Source: Antedon mediterranea (lineage: Eukaryota > Animalia > Echinodermata). From it: a stretch of 64,000 nt of DNA. The stretch lies in assembly GCF_964355755.1 (NCBI RefSeq), contig NC_092670.1, positions 3,648,201 through 3,712,200 on the forward strand. The letters are read 5' to 3'. The notes below the pieces were generated by a model that saw nothing but the letters and a program-made list of their open reading frames with translations, was not told the origin of the DNA and searched no databases. Below, piece by piece: positions 39,452 to 53,319 of this stretch. A program made the translations under genes and the position numbers. Each line of letters starts with the position of its first letter. Within the stretch, counting starts at the first letter, position 1.

Positions 39452-42398
39452 CGCCACCTTTTGCGAATACGAATTCTGAAATTAGAGTCGAGAAAGGATA
39501 TAATTTGCATAAAATGGTCTCTATACGACGCTAGATTACTTCTTCGTTTATGCTATTAATAACAATTAAAAACAAACCACAGTCTGAGACCACTCCTTCC
39601 CACACCTCAATTTATTTCAACAAACAAACGTAGGCCTACTAATATTATCATGCTCTCAACTATAAAGTTGAGTATAGCTATAATCTTTCAAAACATCTGG
39701 TGTGATTGTTACATAATAAATAATTGGCCACAACTATACTATATCAGACACAATGTCCGGCCTGGAAATCCCCACTTTGAAGGCGAGTTCAAGTGTCTAT
39801 GTTGTGTTTATTAAATGGGTCACTGCAATATACTGTGTATACATAATGGTCATCTTCAATAAATAGCATGCAAGGCAACAAATAATCTCAATAATAAACA
39901 AACAAATTTGATTAAAACAGCGCAGTGGCGTAACGACTATGAGCACTCACTGGCTAAACCCAGGGGGGGGGGGGGGGGCGGAGCTTATGGGGGCCCTGAG
40001 AAGTTCTCAGAGAAAAAACAGGTAGTAAAACATGCCGGAAAAGGCACTGCCTAGCATTATGTTATGACTTATACCAATTTATATCGTGTATATTTCAATA
40101 ATTGTAATTAATGTAATTTTTATATTTCTTTTACCGATTTGTGAAAGTAAATAGTTCAGTTATTCCATCTATTTATATTGAAAAGACGAAATTCGAAAAG
40201 TGGATATAATATCGAAAAGAAAGAAATAAAAAAATGTAGCGTACAGATAATCGATCTGTCGCAATCTCTCATCGGTGAGTCTTTATAATGGTCTGACCGA
40301 TTACAATTTGACTGTTTTATTATGTTGTGTATATAGCCTGTAATGTATATACATTATAATAAGTATATCCATAAAAGCTCATCCGAAACATAGATTTAAT
40401 ATGATCACTTATTAACAATAGCCGGAAAAAGTGGAATTCACAAAATAATATAGAAATTAAAATGATGATATGTGAACCGCATTTTAAAACTTTCTGTCGT
40501 CGCTATAATCTGTCAATTTACCCCTGGGATTGGAGACTAGACGAACACGGCGACTGCGAGCAAGTCTATAATTTTGCTGCATATAATTAGGCGAAGAGGG
40601 TATCGATAGGTGGACACAGTAGACAGATAATATTAAATTATGTTATTCTGGTCTTCAACTTCAAATAAAAGTAGGTTATTAGTCGAAATTTTGCCATTTT
40701 TTCGAAAAAATCCCTGTACTATATTAGTACAGGGATTTTTTTCAAAAAATGTCGAGAATTTAAAAACAGTACATGATTCCTGCCAAGGCAACAAGTCAGT
40801 TGTTACGCAATTATCAAATTATCATTGTTATCTTCCAACACTTCAACAACATTATTTTTGTCATAATCATTATCATTCTTTAACTGTCCCGTATTATATC
40901 TCATCTCACCCGCCATTGTCGTTATTATCATCATACCATTAGCCATCGCCATATTGATGATTACTATCATCATCATCTTCATTGTCATCATTGCTCTGTA
41001 CTATCATCGTCATTATCATCACATTCCCAGAGTGAAACTTTTCTGAAAGTACCGTAACAAATAATAACACTTTTCAACCCGATTAATTTATATTTCATTT
41101 TAGCATGAACGGCCGCCGTGCCGGCAGCATCGGTCATAAAACAAAATGTTTTCATCATCATCATCCTCATAATGCCAATATATTAGATGCGATAATGACA
41201 GCATTAATATATGAATATTGACATACAAATACAAACACAATCTAATCCTAGGGTTTACGTGTTTAATGACGCAATTTGTACGCCATACACACTGACATTT
41301 CTATTGAGACGGTTCATACGTCATTTCATATAGCACAGCGCTGATGACGTATAACGTAGTCAAATTATGTCATATAAGTTTTAGAATTAGGATAAAACCA
41401 TCATCGGAATGCTGTTAATTAATTACAATTATATATTTAATGTTTATTATTTTATGATTATTATTATTACAGTATTTTCATTAATGTAATCAATATATTT
41501 GACGTCATAATCACTAAATGTAATTTCAATCAATCAATACGTTAAAATGTAACAAATTTCTAGTGTAAACAAGTCTAGTTAGTCTGCCGTGACTTTACAT
41601 TAGCAATTAAACAAAATGCCATGCCAGTAACTAATGTATCGCTCACTTATTCTTAGTTCTCCTTAAACGGTTGCTAAGGAAGCGATCGCTCACGGGCAAA
41701 ATACCCATCAAACAGTGACGTCACACATAATGGTTGCGATTCGCACTTACGTCATTCTATTTTTTCATCACTTGTTTTTTATTTTAAAATCAAAATATTT
41801 TGATAAATACATGCTTCAATCGACAGGATTTCAAGTAACTAAACGGTTTAAAACTATCTGTCTATAGTATTAGTTGACAACGTTCGGTTTATTCAAAGTA
41901 ACTCTGTGATATATTCATATATCGTTTTTTTACGTTGGTCTATGTTCAGCGTGTGCTAAGGCTATTTTGATTGTGCGCGTAGTGTAATCTAATGGGATTC
42001 CCATGAGAGCTATTATTTTCTACAGTCGAATATCTGAAAACGTATTTAGATACAAGTGCTAGTCTTATAATTATCACTACTTTTATCTGCTCACTCATTT
42101 TCTCAACCTCGTCAATTACCGCTGATGTACACGTAGTCACGCGTATCGACTATTGACGACGGATGAGCGCAGAGTGATCTGCGCATTTCGTCATTAACGT
42201 TAAGCTTTTTGACACAGGTTGATGATGCGATAGTGGTTCACAAATTAACATCACTTTATTTTATCACTGTGGTCGTCGGCGATACGTCGCACACGTCATT
42301 TTAACTGCTTTCGTGTATAAAGCCGGTTCGGCTTTTGTATTTAGTAAACAACTTTACTTTTGGATTTAAACGAATTCGTTTGTTTTTTTGCTCTTCAG

Positions 42399-43046
42399 AT
42401 AAACCCTACTGCTTCCGTGGACCATAACCAACTTGACAGACAAGTAAATATGTCTTGGAAACCGTTTAATTTTGTGGAGGAATCAACCTCTGAACAACCG
42501 CCAACAACCAATCAGTACTGGTACAGGAATAACAATAATAACAACAGCACGTCTGTAGAAACTACACGAGGAGGAAAACGAACTTTAGATAGAACGAATT
42601 CAGTGGATGGCTCTAACGACGGCGAAGGATCATCGTGTAGTTCAAACGCTGGTGACGAGGATCCAGAAAGTATGTCACCGAAGAAATCCAAAAAGCATTC
42701 CCGTCGACGAAAAACATATAACGCACGTGAAAGGAATACTAGACGACTTGAAAGTAATGAGCGGGAACGACAACGTATGCATTCTCTAAATGACGCGTTC
42801 CAATGCCTACGTAACGTTATTCCGCACGTTCACTGTCAACGAAAGCTGTCGAAAATTGAAACTTTAACGTTGGCGAAGAACTATATCGATGCACTGACAA
42901 ACACAGTCGTCCGCTTGAAGACGGAACTGGATGAGATGAGTATGATATATGAGATTAATAATAATTTGGAAGGGGATATGCCAACCGATTTAGAGGACAC
43001 TCGAGAGTTAGTGGAGGCGGCTCTTGGTACTCTCGCCGAATCTTGA
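42399..43046 (+). CDS. BHLHA15: Class A/atonal-superfamily bHLH transcription factor, Mist1/BHLHA15 (Drosophila dimmed) orthologue; main coding exon
   Basis: b[56 protein letters not shown] carries the Mist1/dimm-diagnostic [10 protein letters not shown] and VIPHV motifs. Preceded by strong acceptor TTTGTTTTTTTGCTCTTCAG (42398); first in-exon ATG at 42450; stop TGA at 43044-43046. Confidence 0.93.
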   Translation: MNPTASVDHNQLDRQVNMSWKPFNFVEESTSEQPPTTNQYWYRNNNNNNSTSVETTRGGKRTLDRTNSVDGSNDGEGSSCSSNAGDEDPESMSPKKSKKHSRRRKTYNARERNTRRLESNERERQRMHSLNDAFQCLRNVIPHVHCQRKLSKIETLTLAKNYIDALTNTVVRLKTELDEMSMIYEINNNLEGDMPTDLEDTRELVEAALGTLAES

Positions 43047-44320
43047 ATCTATTCGTCTGGTTTTATGAAGATGTCCCTACTCCAAACTTTAACAATGACT
43101 GCGTTGATCGGCAGGACTTTTGTAGCGTTTTATCCAATTCTTCGTCTAAAAGTATATTGATAATAATCACCTTCCAGAAAGTTCTGCCTTTGTCCGCCGA
43201 AATGGACGCCAATGTTCTTTTGGAATTACAAACATTTAAAGGATCTTTATTTTCTTACCTACTGCTACATTAAGGACAATGAATTTAATGTATTTTTAGA
43301 ACTTTTAAAACTTTCTGCAATATATTTTCCAAAAATTTGCATAAACATTTGAAAGAATGCTAAAGATTTTATGGTGAAGTGTATTTTTAAAGATGATTAG
43401 TTTACATAAATTACCTAGCAACAAACAGCCCGTCATCAAAGTAGCGCCAAGATATAGCCTGACTATACTGATTAAGAACAGTCCAGGTGACTTGGACTTT
43501 ATGTGCCTTGGATACTACTTCTTCCTTTAATGGTAGGTTAGGAATCTCAATCTTTTTTTGTTATTGTTAGCAGGTATAAAATTAAAACATTATTTTTTCT
43601 ATACACTAACTTTTTCCTGAACTACATTCCGAACATGAACAAGATTGAAATCCAAATAGGTTTATCTGCGCATTGCACTACGCATCTTTTGATTTGCGCA
43701 TGTTTATAGGTATGCGCGCGTCGATTTATTCAGAAAATACTTTAAACAATCTAAGTGTCTACTTACTTTAATGTGCCTAAAATTATTTGAAAAGATGTGC
43801 ACTTATTCAAGATCAGACCAAATGCGGGCTAAAATTTAAAAATAGAATTATAAATTTTATACAAGGCATTCCACTGAGAGAAAAACAATATGGCTACTGA
43901 TGAAAAAAATGGCCGTTAGGTGTTAATTGAATTAATTAAAAAATAAAAATAAACGCATTCCAATAATGTACAGTTCGTTTAGCTTAAATTTAACAAGAAC
44001 AAAAAAAGGTGAAAAATACTAAAAAAAGATATATATAAATATAATGAATAAAATGGAGAAAAATAACAGTAAGACCAGTTGCTAGTGTAAGTGACAAAAA
44101 AATAACTTCTTTTTTTGAAAAAAACAAAAAAAAGTCACTGAAACTGGCAATTTGTTTAAAAAAATGAATGATGTATTCTATTAGTATTATATATATTATA
44201 TTAATTATTGTACATGAACTGAAGTATTGTTTATTTTCAATAATAATAATGTTGGTGCACTACAAAATGGAGAATGGATAAATACACATTTTTAGTGTTG
44301 AGTTGGAAATCATAAAATTC

Positions 44321-44487
44321 CCATATACGGTAAAGAATAAAAAGCCCATCCTTTGGTTAAATCTATGTGATCTATAAACTAGGGATTTTCTGGGTTGAAC
44401 TTTGACCTATTGCTCCTATAATGTTAACCTTTGACCTTCCACTCTTCTCTGCCGTAGCTTATAGAAGTTATTCTTTACCGTATATGG
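44321..44487. mobile_element. MITE with perfect 20-bp TIRs
   Basis: CCATATACGGTAAAGAATAA / TTATTCTTTACCGTATATGG. Confidence 0.75.
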
Positions 44488-45159
44488 TAAGTTAGTAGTC
44501 TACTACATGGTACAATACATATTGTTACTTAAAGAAAGCTTTTATATATTATAATTTATAAGTTACTGATTATTAATAAAAATGTTTCAAATGTTTAGTA
44601 AATAGTAGCCTAGGCATTTAAACATTTTTGACAAGATTACGAATACGATATCATAATGTGCTTACACCAGTCGTGCTACTTATTAAAATAGAACAATGTG
44701 CGTGGTGAGTTTAGATCTGACAAAATAAAAACTTTTAATTAGTTGTTGTATTTGTACAAAACAAAATAAATTACACAATGCAAGGACGTAGGCTAAAGTA
44801 ACGCTGGAAATTTGACCAATCACAAGCGACGAATTATGTGAATTTTGGATTTTGATTGGTCAAATTACTTGGCTTGTACGTAGTCATTGCCTTGAAAAGG
44901 GGAAAGGAAAAAAAAAACCATTTAAATTATCTTATAAAAGGCTTCTTTACTTTAATAGTATGTATTGAGATTATTGAGTATTAACCGGAGGTTTCTTGCT
45001 CTAATGACCAATTATCATATTATTAGTTATTATTGATATTATTTGTAATTTAAAACATTGACTTCCATTTATTATATGGTGCAGGGTTTTAAATTTAGCC
45101 ATATCATAAAGGTATACTTTAAGGTTTGTGTAATAAACAGATAGCTTTGCGTACACACG

Positions 45160-47930
45160 TTTTTTTTTTCCGAAAAATTTACAAAATATAAACTTCTAAA
45201 AATATGTCGAGGTAACATGTGCAGAACACACTATGTGATTCTGCGCATTTTGTTTGTTATATACTAACCAATTATGTTAAAAAAATAAAAGGGTCGAAAA
45301 TCGGCCATTTTTCAAAAAAATTTCCATGTACTATAGTACAGGGATTAAAAAAAAAATGGCCAATTTTTGACCTTTTTATTTTTCGATAAAACTGGTTACT
45401 ATAGCACAATTAACATGCGCAGAACCCAATAGTCGACTCTGCGCATGTTTATTATGCAATAGTAACCATTTATGTAAAAAAATAAAAGGGTCGAAAGTCG
45501 GCCATTTTTCAAAAATTTCCATGTACTATAGTACAAGGATTTAAAAAATGGCCAATTTTCGACCTTTTTATTTTTCGATAAAACTGGTTACTATAGCACA
45601 ATTAACATGCGCAGAGTCGAATAATGCGCAGAGTCGAATTGCGCCTGCCAATTATGCTATAGTAACCATTTATGTCAAATATGGTTATGGTAGCACAATT
45701 GACATACGCAGAACCCATTATTCGACTCTGCGCATGTTTATTATGCAATAGTAACCATTTACGTCAAAAAAATAAAAGGGTCGGAAATCGACAATGTTTT
45801 GAAAATTTTCCTGTACTTTAGTGCAGGCATTTTTAAAAAAATTGCCAATTTTCGACCTTTTTATTTTTCGATAAAACTGGTTACTATAGCACAATTGACA
45901 TGCGCAGACCCAATTAGTCGACTCTGCGCATGTTTATTATGCTATAGTAACCATTTTTCGATAAAACTGGTTACTATTGCACAATTGACATGCGCAGAAC
46001 CCATTAGTCGACTCTGCGCATGTTTATTATGCTATAGTAACCATTTATGTCAAAACTGGTTACTATAGCACAATTGACATGCGCAGAACCCATTATTCGT
46101 CTCTGCGCATGTTTATTATGCAATAGTAACCATTTATGTCAAAAAATAAAAGGGTCGAAAATCGGCCATTTTTCACAAATTTCCCTGTACTATATAATAA
46201 TTTATTTGGAAAACGCTTTTGAACAGCGGCACACATAATAATGGTACATCCACTTTTGACATAAATGGTTACTATAGCATAATAAACATGCGCAGAGTGA
46301 ATAATGGTTCTGCGCATGTCAATTATGCTATAGTAACCATTTATGTCAAATATGGTTATGATAGCACAATTGACATGCGCAGAACCCATTATTCGACTCT
46401 GCGCATGTTTATTATGCAATAGTAACCATTTATGTCAAAAAATAAAAGGGTCGAAAATCGGCCATTTTTCACAAATTTCCCTGTACTATATAATAATTTA
46501 TTTGGAAAACGCTTTTGAACAGCGGCACACATAATAATGGTACATCCACTTTTGACATAAATGGTTACTATAGCATAATAAACATGCGCAGAGTGAATAA
46601 TGGTTCTGCGCATGTCAATTATGCTATAGTAACCATTTATGTCAAATATGGTTATGATAGCACAATTGACATGCGCAGAACCCATTAACTTAATAAAAAA
46701 ATCGGCCATTTTTCGAAAATTTACCTGTACAGGGATTTTTCAAAAAATGGCAAATTTTCGACCTTTTTATATTTCGATAAAACTGGTTACTATAGCACAA
46801 TTGACATGCGCAGAACCCATTATTCGCCTCTGCGCATGTTTATTATGCTAATCAAAATAATATTATCTACACACGTGAAGAGCTAAAACAAGAACACGTT
46901 TTTTTGATTATCTCAAAACTTTGCTTTATGCAGTTGAGTCGTTCTTTCATGACGGGGCAGTATAGTACAGAGATTTTTTCGAAAAATTGCCAAAATATCC
47001 ACTTTTTAAAATTCAATAATTATGCGATAATATTTTGCCATATATATGCGCATATATTGTGTTATAAACATATTGTAGAGCCATAGTAACTAGTTATGGC
47101 AAATAATAAAAGGGGTCGACATTTGGCAAATCTTCGAAAATTTACATGTACTATAGTACAGGGATTTATCCGAAAAATTGCCAAAATATCCACTTTTTAA
47201 AATTCAATAATTATGCGATAGTATTAAATGTTCCTGTTATCCAGTACAGGGTTTTTTTTTTTAATGAATACAATGACATATGAATAAAATAAAAATAAAT
47301 AAAAAATAAAATAAAAATAAACTTTAAAAAATATGCCGAGGTAACATGCGCAGAACACACTATGTGATTCTGCGCATTATGCCTATGTCAATTATGATAG
47401 TAACCAGTTATGTTCGAAAATTTTCTTTTACTAGGCCTTATAGGCTTACTGTAGTAGAGGGATTTTTTTTCGAAAAATTGTCAAAATATCCACTTTTAAT
47501 ATGTTGAGGTAATATGCGAAGAACAAAAATATGTGATTCTGCGTATATCAATTATATAGTAACCAATTATGTTAAAAAATAAAAGGGTCGGCAATTGGCC
47601 ATTTCTCGAAAATGGGTCAAAATATCGGCTTTTAAAATTAAGATATGTTGAGGTAACTTGCGCAGATCCTGCGTATGTCAGTTATTATATAGTTACTAAT
47701 TATAGAGGTCAAAATTTTTCCATTTTTTCCAAAATTTCTATGTACTACAGTACAGGGATTTTTTTTGAAAAATGGACAAAATATAAAGTTTTAAAAATAT
47801 GCCCAGGTAACATGCGCAGAACACACTACGTGATTCTGCGCATTCTGTCTATTATGATACAGTTACAGTTATGTAAACAAAATAAAAGGGTCGAAATGGT
47901 ATTTTTGTTAAATTGCCAAATATAAGAATA
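45160..47930. repeat. Complex satellite made of two alternating palindromic modules (~200-bp period, with a 296-bp recent duplication)
   Basis: Module 1: GGTTACTATAGCACAATTGACATGCGCAGA-loop-TCTGCGCATGTTTATTATGCAATAGTAACC. Module 2: ATAAAAGGGTCGAAAATCGGCCATTTT...TGTACTATAGTACA...AAAATGGCCAATTTTCGACCTTTTTAT. 46066-46687 has a 296-bp period. Confidence 0.9.
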
Positions 47931-48329
47931 TATAGAGTTATCATCCTTTTATGGAGAAATGTTGTAATTTTTCGAAAAATGTATCTTATCAATTAAATTA
48001 GTATGCAATAATATGGCTCCTCTATATGCATATATTGCGTTGTTAACTTATGATGACAGATAAAAGTAAGGCCTATTTCGAAACAAGTCTCATTTTCCTT
48101 CAAAACTCGAGCGTAATAGGACGTTGAATTATTGATATGCTGTAAGCAAACACAAAGAGTAATTTGTAAGATAATATGACCATTGTTATTTATCAACTCT
48201 TTAATTGTGTGTAATTTAGAATGATGTCGTGTTTGTATGTGTCCTTAGAGGGAGTGAGTGACCGATACTCTCTATCCTAACTCTTCACATTTCGTTTCTT
48301 AATCCCCGATTGTATTTACCTGATCGTCG

Positions 48330-48488
48330 TAAAGTTCCCACTAGCACGCAACGTAAAGACGTAAGACGCAACGCAAGCGAATTGGCCAATCGAAAGCTAG
48401 AATTATTCCAACTGTTGCTTGTGATTGGTCAATTCGTTTGCGTTGCGGCCTACGTCCTTGCGTTGCATCCTAGTGAAAACCATTTTTT
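48330..48488. mobile_element. MITE family C copy
   Basis: GTTCCCACTAGCACGCAACG...GTGATTGGTCAA...TACGTCCTTGCGTTGCATCCTAGTGAAAACCA. Confidence 0.75.
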
Positions 48489-50309
48489 AGGGACGACTCT
48501 CTTTCTCGACGCGACGCAACGACGTAAAGCAGCGCACCGCAATCACATGATTCATTGTGTCGTCGTGATTGGTCAAATTACTTGCGGCACGCGCTTACGT
48601 CATGGAAAGGAAACAGCCTTAGTGTAGACCTATAGCGTACCACAGGCCTACTTCCAATTACCTCTGTGTATGATGCATACAGAAATAAATGTAGGCCTAT
48701 ACTCCATAAAATAAAATTATGAAACGAAAAAATGTATACGGTAGGAGTTTAATACTGTGATGATGAATCAACCTATATTGATCTAATTTGTCTTCAGTGA
48801 CGTCACAAAAGAGAACATACATTGTCTTTATAGACTATCATAATATACAATTACTTATACTCGACTCATCCCTGAAAATAAAACATATCAAAATTGAAAA
48901 ATGTTTACCTAACGCTTGGAACTGCTGGCAGCCAACTGAGACTTTTCTATCATAAATTATGATTAATTAGATTAGCGATGTATGGTGTTTATGTTTATTA
49001 TTTTCTTTACTGACAAGCAGTAGCGGACAATAATTAATTAGCGCCATTAGCGATAATTGTGCTACTTGTATATGGATTAGAGGACATTAGTTACGTTACA
49101 ACCAGACAATAGTCATAGTCAAGAATCACGCAGGTAAGTTCTTTACACTTCTCCCTTCGTTGGTGGTCAATAAAACGCGTTTCTGAATTCGACGCAGGAT
49201 GACCGAAATCACTTTTAGCAACTGAGAACAAACAAACTAAAGTGCAAACATGTTATCCTGACAGCTATTTCCACGGTTGGCTACTTCATTACATTCTCCA
49301 AGCTATAGAAACTCATTATATGTAATTAACAATTTCACTTAATATGCATTGGTTAGACGGTTAATGTGTCTGTTATATTAACGGAATCAGGAATCAGGTA
49401 GTCGGTAATGTTATCTAATTAACTTAATTTTATGACCGACTGTACTTTTTAATTTATGACATTTTGACCCAGAAGTCACAAAATCCACAGTTAAAGTACC
49501 ATGTTTTGGGACAATTACATTACATATTATAATCTGTAGATAACGATAGAGGGCGTCGCATTGATTGTTTTGATAACAAATTAGATAGTTAAAGCCGTTT
49601 GAACGTTATACATTTTCAAAACAAAAGACTTAACTCCATACTCTACATAGGAATAGTTGGACACAAACATGGCTTCTACTCCATTTAAAGTCGCAACTCT
49701 TTATATATATGGCTCTGTGTATTCAAGGCATACGCGCACGCGCTCGTTCACAAAGAGGTTGAGATCACCACTCAGATTAAGCGATAATGACTGGACCTCT
49801 TTCGGTGCGTCATTTAAATTAAACCGTGAACTGACGCATTTACCAATTACAATGGTTTTGTTGAATATGATGAAACAAAGGTCTTGCTCGTTAATGGAAA
49901 GTAGTAAATCTCACGGGAAAATATTGCAACGAAACGATGTAAACAGAGGGGAACTCTGCTGCTGCTGTAAGCTCATGTTGCACAACGAAATAGCACATTC
50001 AAATTATGTCTATGATAAATGGAATCAATTATAATTGCTAAAAATGTCGTTGTCAAATGTGATACAAACTATTAATTGCTGGAATCTTGTGTCAATTTAA
50101 AAAAACCGTTTAATTACTTTGTATTATAACCTCTTAGTGAAAAAAATAGAACGTATTGTTAAATACACACATTTTAACATTGAAAATACACATGCACATA
50201 CGTAAATTTATATAGGCTCACAAATTATATATGGGCTATATACATCAATCGTTTTCTCCAACCTAATGAATACGATGTAAAGAGAAAAGATGGAATACAA
50301 AAATGAAAC

Positions 50310-50690
50310 CCAGAGGAGCAGGAGCAGGAGGAGGAGGATGAAGGACGACGAGGACTTCGACGTGGAATGTGACTAACTAGGATTTTGAGCACGGGAAAGA
50401 GGAAGACGACGACGACGAGGACCACGACGGTGAGGAAGACCACGACGACGACGGCCACGACGACGACGGCCACGAGGGGGACTTAAACGAAAAAGAGGAA
50501 GACAACGACGAGGAGGAGGCGTAGGAGGAGGACGACGACGACAAGGAGGCGTAGGAGGAGGATGACGACGGCCACGAGGGGGACTTAAACGAAAAAGAGT
50601 AAGACAACGACGAGGAGGAGGCGTAGGAGGAGGACGACGACGACAAGGAGGCGTAGGAGAGGATGACGATGACGACGACAACGAGAATGA
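50310..50690. repeat. (GAC/GAG)n low-complexity tract with an internal ~100-bp duplication
   Basis: GACGACGGCCACGAGGGGGACTTAAACGAAAAAGAG occurs twice; GGAGGCGTAGGAG occurs four times. Confidence 0.9.
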
Positions 50691-53073
50691 ATGATTTAAT
50701 AACGCCATTATAACCTACTGGGACCAATAATATAAATACATATAGCGAGTCATCGTCGATTAATTTGTTGACCATCAATGATGATGTAACGAGATATACA
50801 GTCCGGTGGCGGCGACCTCAATGGTGGTTTTCTTTTATCTACTACGATTAATTAAAAGTATTCTACTAAATTGAGAAGATGGATATTGCCCGCAGCTTGT
50901 TAGTTGCATGACGATTTCTACACAAGTACTCTTGCGATTAGATATTATATATAAGTTCATTGAAAGTAATTAAGCAATGCATTTGTTTTAAACTGAAAAC
51001 CATATTGTGGATTCATATTATTGTTACGGTTTAAGGAAAGGCCATTAATACTATCAATGCATTGCTAATTCACGAATAATAAGTATTTAAACAAAACCCA
51101 AATAATTATTAATCTTAATTTGTTTTCATAAAATGAAATGTGTTAATAGGCCTGATAACCAACAAAAAAGAAAATATGACGTGGATCTTGTTTTATATTT
51201 TATACATTTTAATATAAACGTGCTCAGGGACAATTCCGATATTTGTATAAAATCTTAAAACTTCTAAAATGACGATAGAGCAGTACAGTTCGTGTTTAGA
51301 CCGTCGCCGACACACTATGATATTGTTGCTAGCTACTTTACTAAATACATACCATTGGTCCCATCAAAAAGCAATATCCATAAAATGTGCTGTTTTACAT
51401 CAAACTAAAGTCGCCATTAAGCGTCCCAATAACTAATTCAAACAAAACACTGATGTCATTCCGAATGTTTTAAGTGCATTTAAATGTTTCAAGTCAGTCC
51501 ATCAACATTTCTAAGTAGAAATGCGCACTCAAGCGCGTCAACGGCGCACATTATTACGCGTCATCGATTCACATGACTGCACAATGGTCGATTAACCGAT
51601 TATCGACACAGGCCTACATTATATTGGAAAAACTGTGTTAATACTTTATATTTTTAAATGCATTATTAAACTGTAAAATGCATATAAAGGAATGAACGCA
51701 TGCATTAAAGTAGAGAATGTCATTTAAATTGCTTAGACGCAAAACAAAGACGTACGCGCAGTCACAAATAATCTGATCAATCACAAGATACGGATACCCG
51801 AACTTTCACTTGTGGTGGATGGTAAAGTAGGGTTCTACCATCGGTCTCTGGTGTTTAATTTAAACACGCAATTACAAAAAAAGGCATCAAAAAATGCTAT
51901 AAATCGTTTTTTTTTATTCATTCAGTTTTGATAGAAACCTAATACCCAATCTGATTAATAATATACATATGCACGAACCATGGAATTGCGAAAAATAATT
52001 AGCGCTTAAATTCCAAGTAGGAGCCTACGATGGGCCTATTTCGTTCGTTCAATTTCAATAGTTTGCAGAAACTGAGGGCGCCATGTATACTTTCAAATAA
52101 GAGCCATAATAAATATCTGTTTCAATATTAAAGAGATGAGAGCTATGTGTAATAATAATAAGAAAATGTATTGCCCGTAATGTGGCATATAACATATTAT
52201 ATGCCTATATTTAATTGCTAGGACGGAACCCAAATTAAAAATGTCCCTATATTATCTTTGACAATAGACATCATTTTAATGGTTATCTCTCGTTGCAGAC
52301 ATTAAGAGGGCACAGGTGTTTGTTCTCACCTGTAAAGGCAGCTGCAAAGAGGTGATATCAGATGTCTAACGTCAGTGGCGGCGATAGGTGACCACCATTT
52401 TGGGATAAGGGCGTGTGCTGTTATTGACACAGGATATTTTCGTTGACAAACATAAGATTACATTACAGGCAGATGTTTATTTTGTGCTTTCAAACCCGCA
52501 TTATTATACAACGCTTCGATATGCGCCATGGAAAGAATAGTCTGGGTTCCAGACGGAGTTTTGTTTTAATATTAGTAAAAAGATAAATATTTTGGCACAT
52601 ATGGCGTTTCATACGTATACTACTTGAACTTGGATACACTCAGACAAAAATCGAAATGAAAACAAATAAATAAAAAAAAAGACAATGAATACAGACTTGG
52701 GGCAAGTCTATGGAAAGTATTGTGTGAGATTATTTTGATTTTATTACGATCCTTATAGGCCAGGGTCTATAGACATTTCGTTTTATTAAATTCTGGGAGT
52801 TTATAGGCCTAATTAATAATTTAATTCAGCAAAATGTACGTTAACTGCTATACAGTCCTATGTATCTAAATATGAAAACCTCATTCTCTGATATCTAAAC
52901 CTAACTAAATGGAAGCTGGATTCCCGCATACTTTGTAATAACAATAGGCCACCCCTGTCATCCATACTTTTGTTCACATCGCAACATTAGAAAGCTATTG
53001 GACACGGCTGAAGTGATTCGCCACACGAGACCCATTCACACGAAACAATAAACTGAACAAACTTAACTCTGTT

Positions 53074-53319
53074 GTTGCCATGCGACAGTACGCCTTTATA
53101 ACAACTTTCAATAGTGTTAACAATAACAACTTCCGGGTTGTCGATTGAATGGCATTAAAGCGTAGATAGCATGGAGCCTATATATGTTTCAAATGAATGA
53201 CGAGCTTGTATGTATGTAATGTAAACATTCATGTTATTCATTTAGGACTCCTTCAAGTTTCTATTATTTATAGCGGTCCAATTTCCTAATTGATCGGAGG
53301 TATAGTCTGAGAGGTAAGT
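53074..53319 (+). promoter_or_regulatory. Candidate promoter and non-coding first exon of the CARD-DD gene
   Basis: RFX X-box-like GTTGCCATGCGAC (53074), ETS-like ACTTCCGGG (53129), consensus donor GAG|GTAAGT (53313/53314). The ATG exon at 55809 has an acceptor, so it needs an upstream exon. Confidence 0.35.

Noticed and set aside
42360-42398. TTG-initiated N-terminal extension of the bHLH ORF
   Set aside because: This is the polypyrimidine tract and acceptor of an intron; bacterial-style alternative starts do not apply.
45548-47925. Cluster of similar short ORFs (IAQLTCAEP...)
   Set aside because: Translations of the palindromic satellite, with frequent stops and frameshifts between copies.
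48800-49139. Exon ending at CAG|GTAAGT (~49133)
   Set aside because: Isolated donor with no supportable acceptor, ORF or partner exon.
50225-50778. Ser-, Pro/Arg- and Val-rich ORFs
   Set aside because: Low-complexity GAC/GAG tract, open in several frames by composition alone.
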